Assembly (NCBI GenBank): GCA_000175855.1
Contig: ACYB01000004.1
Span: 1-32,000 of the forward strand
DNA from: Raphidiopsis brookii D9
Lineage (GTDB): Bacteria; Cyanobacteriota; Cyanobacteriia; Cyanobacteriales; Nostocaceae
Direction: 5' to 3'
DNA: 32,000 nucleotides
Shown piece after piece: positions 28,540 to 32,000 of the stretch. The notes beneath the pieces were generated by a model. It was not told where the DNA came from, did no database searches, and worked only from the letters and a program-made list of their open reading frames with translations. The first letter of the stretch is position 1; each line of letters starts with the position of its first letter. A program made the position numbers and the translations under genes.

Positions 28540-29769
28540 CTATAGCGTAGTTTCACCATCTCCTGCGATCGCTAAAAAGTCAGCAATCTTCTCCACTGCA
28601 TTCTCCAATATATCCATTTCTTGTACTAACGCAAAACGTACATATCCTTCCCCACCTCGACCAAATCCTACCCCAGGAGCAACAGCTACCCCTGTTGCTT
28701 GTACTAATTCCGTACAAAATTTAATTGAATTGTTACTCCATTCATTAGGTAATTTTGCCCAAATATACATGGTGGCTTTTGGGGTATCTACTTCCCAACC
28801 GTTATTGCGTAGACTTTTGATAAAGCCATCTCGCCGTTGCCGAAAAATGTCAACTGTTCTTTTAACACTTTCTTGGTCACCGGTTAATGCGGCGATCGCT
28901 CCATTTAAAATGCCTAAATATTGATTAAAATCTATACTTGATTTTATTTGCTTTAAAGCTTGAATTAATTGAGCATTTCCAATGGCATAACCAATGCGGA
29001 AACCACCCATACTATAGGATTTGGATAAGGTAAAGAATTCTATACTGATGGTTTTCTCTGGATCTGCTTGCAAAATTGAAGGAGCTAAAGATTGAGAATT
29101 ACTTATTCCTCCCTGGGTAAAGACTAAATCCACATAGGGGAAATCATGTACTAGGACAATATTGTGTTGTTGACAAAATTCCACAGCTTCCTTAAAAAAG
29201 GATAAGGGAGCGATCGCACCTGTGGGATTGTGAGGATAACTTAGGACCATCATTTTAGACTGACTGACAATTGCTGGGGGAATATCAGTTAGTACGGGTA
29301 AAAAGTTATTTGTTGGCGTTAATGGCATGGGATAGATTTGCCCACTAGCTAAATACACTCCACCTGCGTGGGAAGGATAACCCGGGTCCAACAATAGGGC
29401 AAAATCGCCAGGATTAAGAATTGCTAGGGGTAAATGCGCAGTTCCTTCCTGGGAACCAATTAGTGGTAAAACCTCTGTTTCTGGGTTTATGGGAATACCA
29501 AATTTCTGTTCATACCACTTAGCTGCTACTTGTCGGAATTTTTGAGTACCTTTAAACAGCAAATAACCATGAGTTCCAGGATCATGCAGGGACTGGGCGA
29601 TCGCCTGAATCACATGATTTTCTGCTGGTAAATCCGAAGATCCTAGGGATAAATCAATTAACTTTTGTCCTGCAGCTATAGCTAAGGACTTAGCTGTATC
29701 CATATCCGAAAATACATTAGACTGTAAAGGTTGTAAACGTTGTGCAAATCGGATTTTATTTTTGGACAT
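28540..29769 (-). CDS. PLP-dependent class I/II aminotransferase
   Basis: 409 aa with ILVLSYPHNPTG, FPYVDL and FFTLSKSYSMGGFRIGYAIG (PLP lysine). Confidence 0.9.
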   Translation of the reverse strand: MSKNKIRFAQRLQPLQSNVFSDMDTAKSLAIAAGQKLIDLSLGSSDLPAENHVIQAIAQSLHDPGTHGYLLFKGTQKFRQVAAKWYEQKFGIPINPETEVLPLIGSQEGTAHLPLAILNPGDFALLLDPGYPSHAGGVYLASGQIYPMPLTPTNNFLPVLTDIPPAIVSQSKMMVLSYPHNPTGAIAPLSFFKEAVEFCQQHNIVLVHDFPYVDLVFTQGGISNSQSLAPSILQADPEKTISIEFFTLSKSYSMGGFRIGYAIGNAQLIQALKQIKSSIDFNQYLGILNGAIAALTGDQESVKRTVDIFRQRRDGFIKSLRNNGWEVDTPKATMYIWAKLPNEWSNNSIKFCTELVQATGVAVAPGVGFGRGGEGYVRFALVQEMDILENAVEKIADFLAIAGDGETTL

Positions 29770-29787
29770 GGCAATAAAAGTAAATAG

Positions 29788-30132
29788 TTAATTATTTAAA
29801 TTCTCATCCAACCAACCAAGAAGTTTTTCCTTGCCCATTACCCCCTCCACAGAAGCTTTTAACTCTTGAGATGCAATCAATCTCAATGCAGGCACACCTT
29901 CCACTTGATAGGTTTTGACGCTACTTGGATTGGGATCAACCTCCATCTTGACAATTTTCAGGCGATCGCCATATTTTTCCGCAGCTACATTCATCAATGG
30001 ATCCATCAACTTACAAGGACCACACCAGGAAGCCCAAAAGTAGACTAACACTGGCTGATCAGCAGCTAGAACCTCCGATGCGAATTCAGCATCAGTGATA
30101 GTTATTACACCCTTACTCATAAAATTCTCCAT
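29788..30132 (-). CDS. Thioredoxin
   Basis: ASWCGPCKLMDP active site; start probably MSKGVITITD. Confidence 0.94.
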   Translation of the reverse strand: MENFMSKGVITITDAEFASEVLAADQPVLVYFWASWCGPCKLMDPLMNVAAEKYGDRLKIVKMEVDPNPSSVKTYQVEGVPALRLIASQELKASVEGVMGKEKLLGWLDENLNN

Positions 30133-30215
30133 GCGATTATTTACAAGTCAACCCACTGACCAGTTTACCCTAAACTGGTCATTATTGCTCATGCTGAAAA
30201 GTCAGGGAGAGTTAA

Positions 30216-31004
30216 TTATAATTTATCCAGTTGTTTTCTCAGTTCTTCCAACTCAGCATCTATGGGTTCAGCGGATTTGCTTTTATCCTTTTGGGAAGTA
30301 CTGCTAGATTCAGCAGGAGGTAATTCTCCCTTAGGTGTGGGAGCTGGTGATAGTATACTGGCCTTCAAAGCTGCCAATTCATCATCAATATCACTGCTAC
30401 CTTCTAGACGAGCAAATTGACTATCTAAATCCGCACCTACTAATTCCGCTGTAGACTGGGCACGAGCCTCTTGCATGAGAACTTTCTCTTCCATTCTTTC
30501 AAAAGCAGCCATGGCACTATTACTATTCATATTAGTCGCCATTGAGCCAATCTGCTCCTGAGCTTTAGCAGCAGTGATTCGTGCCTTAAGCATGTCCTTT
30601 TTATTCTTGTACTCAGCAATTTTACTTTCCAATTGAATCATGCTCTTTTTAAGAGTCTCCACCTGAGTAACTTGCTGGTCTAAACTGGTCTTGAGAGCTA
30701 TAGAGGTTTCGTTAGCACTTTTCTTCCGTTCTAAAGCCTGACGTGCTAGGTTCTCATCTCCTTTTTGCACAGCCAACTGGGCATTGTGCTGCCACTTACT
30801 CACTTCACTAACAGCATCATTATATTGTTTTTCTGTGCGTTTTTGGGCAGCTATGGCTTGTGCCACCCCCTGACGAAGTTCTACTAAGTCCTCCTGCATT
30901 TCCAGGAGGGCCTGTTCCAGCATTTTTTCTGGATCTTCCGCTTTATTGATTAAATCATTCAGATTGGCACTAACTACTCTCTTTAACCTATCAAATAATC
31001 CCAT
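30216..31004 (-). CDS. vipp1: PspA/IM30 (Vipp1) family membrane-remodelling protein
   Basis: MGLFDRLKRVVSANLNDLINKAEDPEKMLEQALLEMQEDL..., long coiled coil, and a C-terminal extension. The track start (31085) adds 27 upstream aa; MGLFDR at 31004 is preferred. Confidence 0.93.
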   Translation of the reverse strand: MGLFDRLKRVVSANLNDLINKAEDPEKMLEQALLEMQEDLVELRQGVAQAIAAQKRTEKQYNDAVSEVSKWQHNAQLAVQKGDENLARQALERKKSANETSIALKTSLDQQVTQVETLKKSMIQLESKIAEYKNKKDMLKARITAAKAQEQIGSMATNMNSNSAMAAFERMEEKVLMQEARAQSTAELVGADLDSQFARLEGSSDIDDELAALKASILSPAPTPKGELPPAESSSTSQKDKSKSAEPIDAELEELRKQLDKL

Positions 31005-31135
31005 AATTTTTTCCTGCTTGTGTGTTTTTATTTGGAAGACAACGGCTTTATCAGCAAGTTTACAAAGCTGCTTTATTGAGATCAAGAGCTTGTGTAAAAA
31101 CGAATATCAACATAACTCCAGTAAATGAGAAAAGA

Positions 31136-32000
31136 TTAATTTCGTAAGCGAGCCTTGATTCCTCTAGCTTCTAGTTCCTGTAACCTTTGTTTGGCTTCCT
31201 CTGGAGTTAGGAATGCGCCTAGATAGATGTACTTTTGATTAGGTGACAAATAAGCATCGGGAACAATTTCCTTAGCTGCACTCAAGATAGTATCACTCTC
31301 ATTATCAGTGATCAGATAATAATAGGGATTATTGACCGTTTGTGCTGCTACATTAGAACCCTCACCTAGCTGTAACTTTCGCCTGGGGACTTCCTGTTGA
31401 ATTTGTCGTTTAATTCTTCCCCCACTAATACTAGCAAATTGGTTATTGGATGAGGTGGATGGATTAGATGAATTACCAGATGAAACCCCTAGGCCAGATC
31501 GAGAGGATGTATTTTGGCGGGTAGATTGAAGAGAAACCGGAACATTGGTAGATTTTGGAGGCGTTTTGGTGCCAGAAACCTGATTGACTGGGGAATTAGG
31601 TTGACTCGGGGATGGTAATTGCCCATTGTTTCCACTTTTCGACTGTGACAAGCTAGGAATTTGAGTACCAGAACTAAGTGATTGTGAACCAACAAAAGAT
31701 TGGTTGTTCACTGGAGGACTTTTTGTATTCCTAGAGGTGTTAGAGGAGGAAACTTCTGGATTACTATTAAACGGGTTAAACTTACTTAAACTTAACTTAG
31801 ACAGACTACGGAAATTAAATAGCACATAACCTAAACCTAAACTGGTCAAGAGCATGAGAAAAATATAAAAAACACCCAAGGGTGAGAGCAGACCACTCTT
31901 ACTCCGATTAGATTTCTTATGATTTAACTTTTCTAGTGGAGGTTGGAAGGCTGATTTCTCCTCCAAGGATGGGGAATCTCCCAGATTGGGAAAAATTTCT
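31136..32000 (-). CDS. Single-pass membrane protein with Ser/Asn/Pro-rich linker and SPOR-like C-terminus; 5' end outside the window
   Basis: C-terminal KYIYLGAFLTPEEAKQRLQELEARGIKARLRN, plus a TM helix FYIFLMLLTSLGLGYVLF. The track start at 31966 is a TTG; the frame stays open upstream (EIFPNLGDSPS-LEEK...) to the window edge. Confidence 0.7.
   Translation of the reverse strand, partial: EIFPNLGDSPSLEEKSAFQPPLEKLNHKKSNRSKSGLLSPLGVFYIFLMLLTSLGLGYVLFNFRSLSKLSLSKFNPFNSNPEVSSSNTSRNTKSPPVNNQSFVGSQSLSSGTQIPSLSQSKSGNNGQLPSPSQPNSPVNQVSGTKTPPKSTNVPVSLQSTRQNTSSRSGLGVSSGNSSNPSTSSNNQFASISGGRIKRQIQQEVPRRKLQLGEGSNVAAQTVNNPYYYLITDNESDTILSAAKEIVPDAYLSPNQKYIYLGAFLTPEEAKQRLQELEARGIKARLRN

Noticed and set aside
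1-32000. Search by eye for tRNA genes, rRNA and riboswitches
   Set aside because: No convincing T-loop/acceptor pattern or known riboswitch core was recognised. tRNAscan-SE and Infernal would be needed to exclude small RNAs.

Overview
This 32 kb window is chromosomal DNA from a cyanobacterium, probably a filamentous Nostocales strain (inferred from gene content). It carries psbEFLJ, a CpcS/CpeS-type phycobiliprotein lyase gene, IM30/Vipp1, TxlA, a group 2-type sigma factor, and about 20 HIP1 (GCGATCGC) octamers. Most of it is housekeeping or accessory metabolism. The main anomaly is in the minus-strand phycobilin lyase gene. It is split into two ORFs (22349..22581 and 20254..20584) by a group II intron of about 1.76 kb (about 20585..22348). 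The intron has a GUGCG 5' end, candidate EBS1/EBS2 elements complementary to the exon IBS1/IBS2, a good domain V with an AGC triad, and a domain VI with a candidate branch A. Its 373-aa intron-encoded protein ends next to domain V and keeps maturase (X)-like sequence. It has lost core reverse transcriptase motifs: YADD has become YGSE, and the GVDG, RPLGIPT and TPQGG regions are missing or altered. This resembles a reduced, MatK-like, splicing-only maturase. The 3' splice position raises a one-nucleotide frame problem. Other observations are: (i) the rlmN reading frame breaks at a G5/C5 homopolymer, removing the C-terminus with the essential cysteine; (ii) a similar homopolymer break lies in the 3' end of a subtilase gene; (iii) the subtilase has 336-bp tandem PPC-domain repeats; (iv) a D12 adenine methyltransferase occurs in a HIP1-rich region; (v) there are structured intergenic elements. 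I found no CRISPR array, rRNA, tRNA or convincing defence island.
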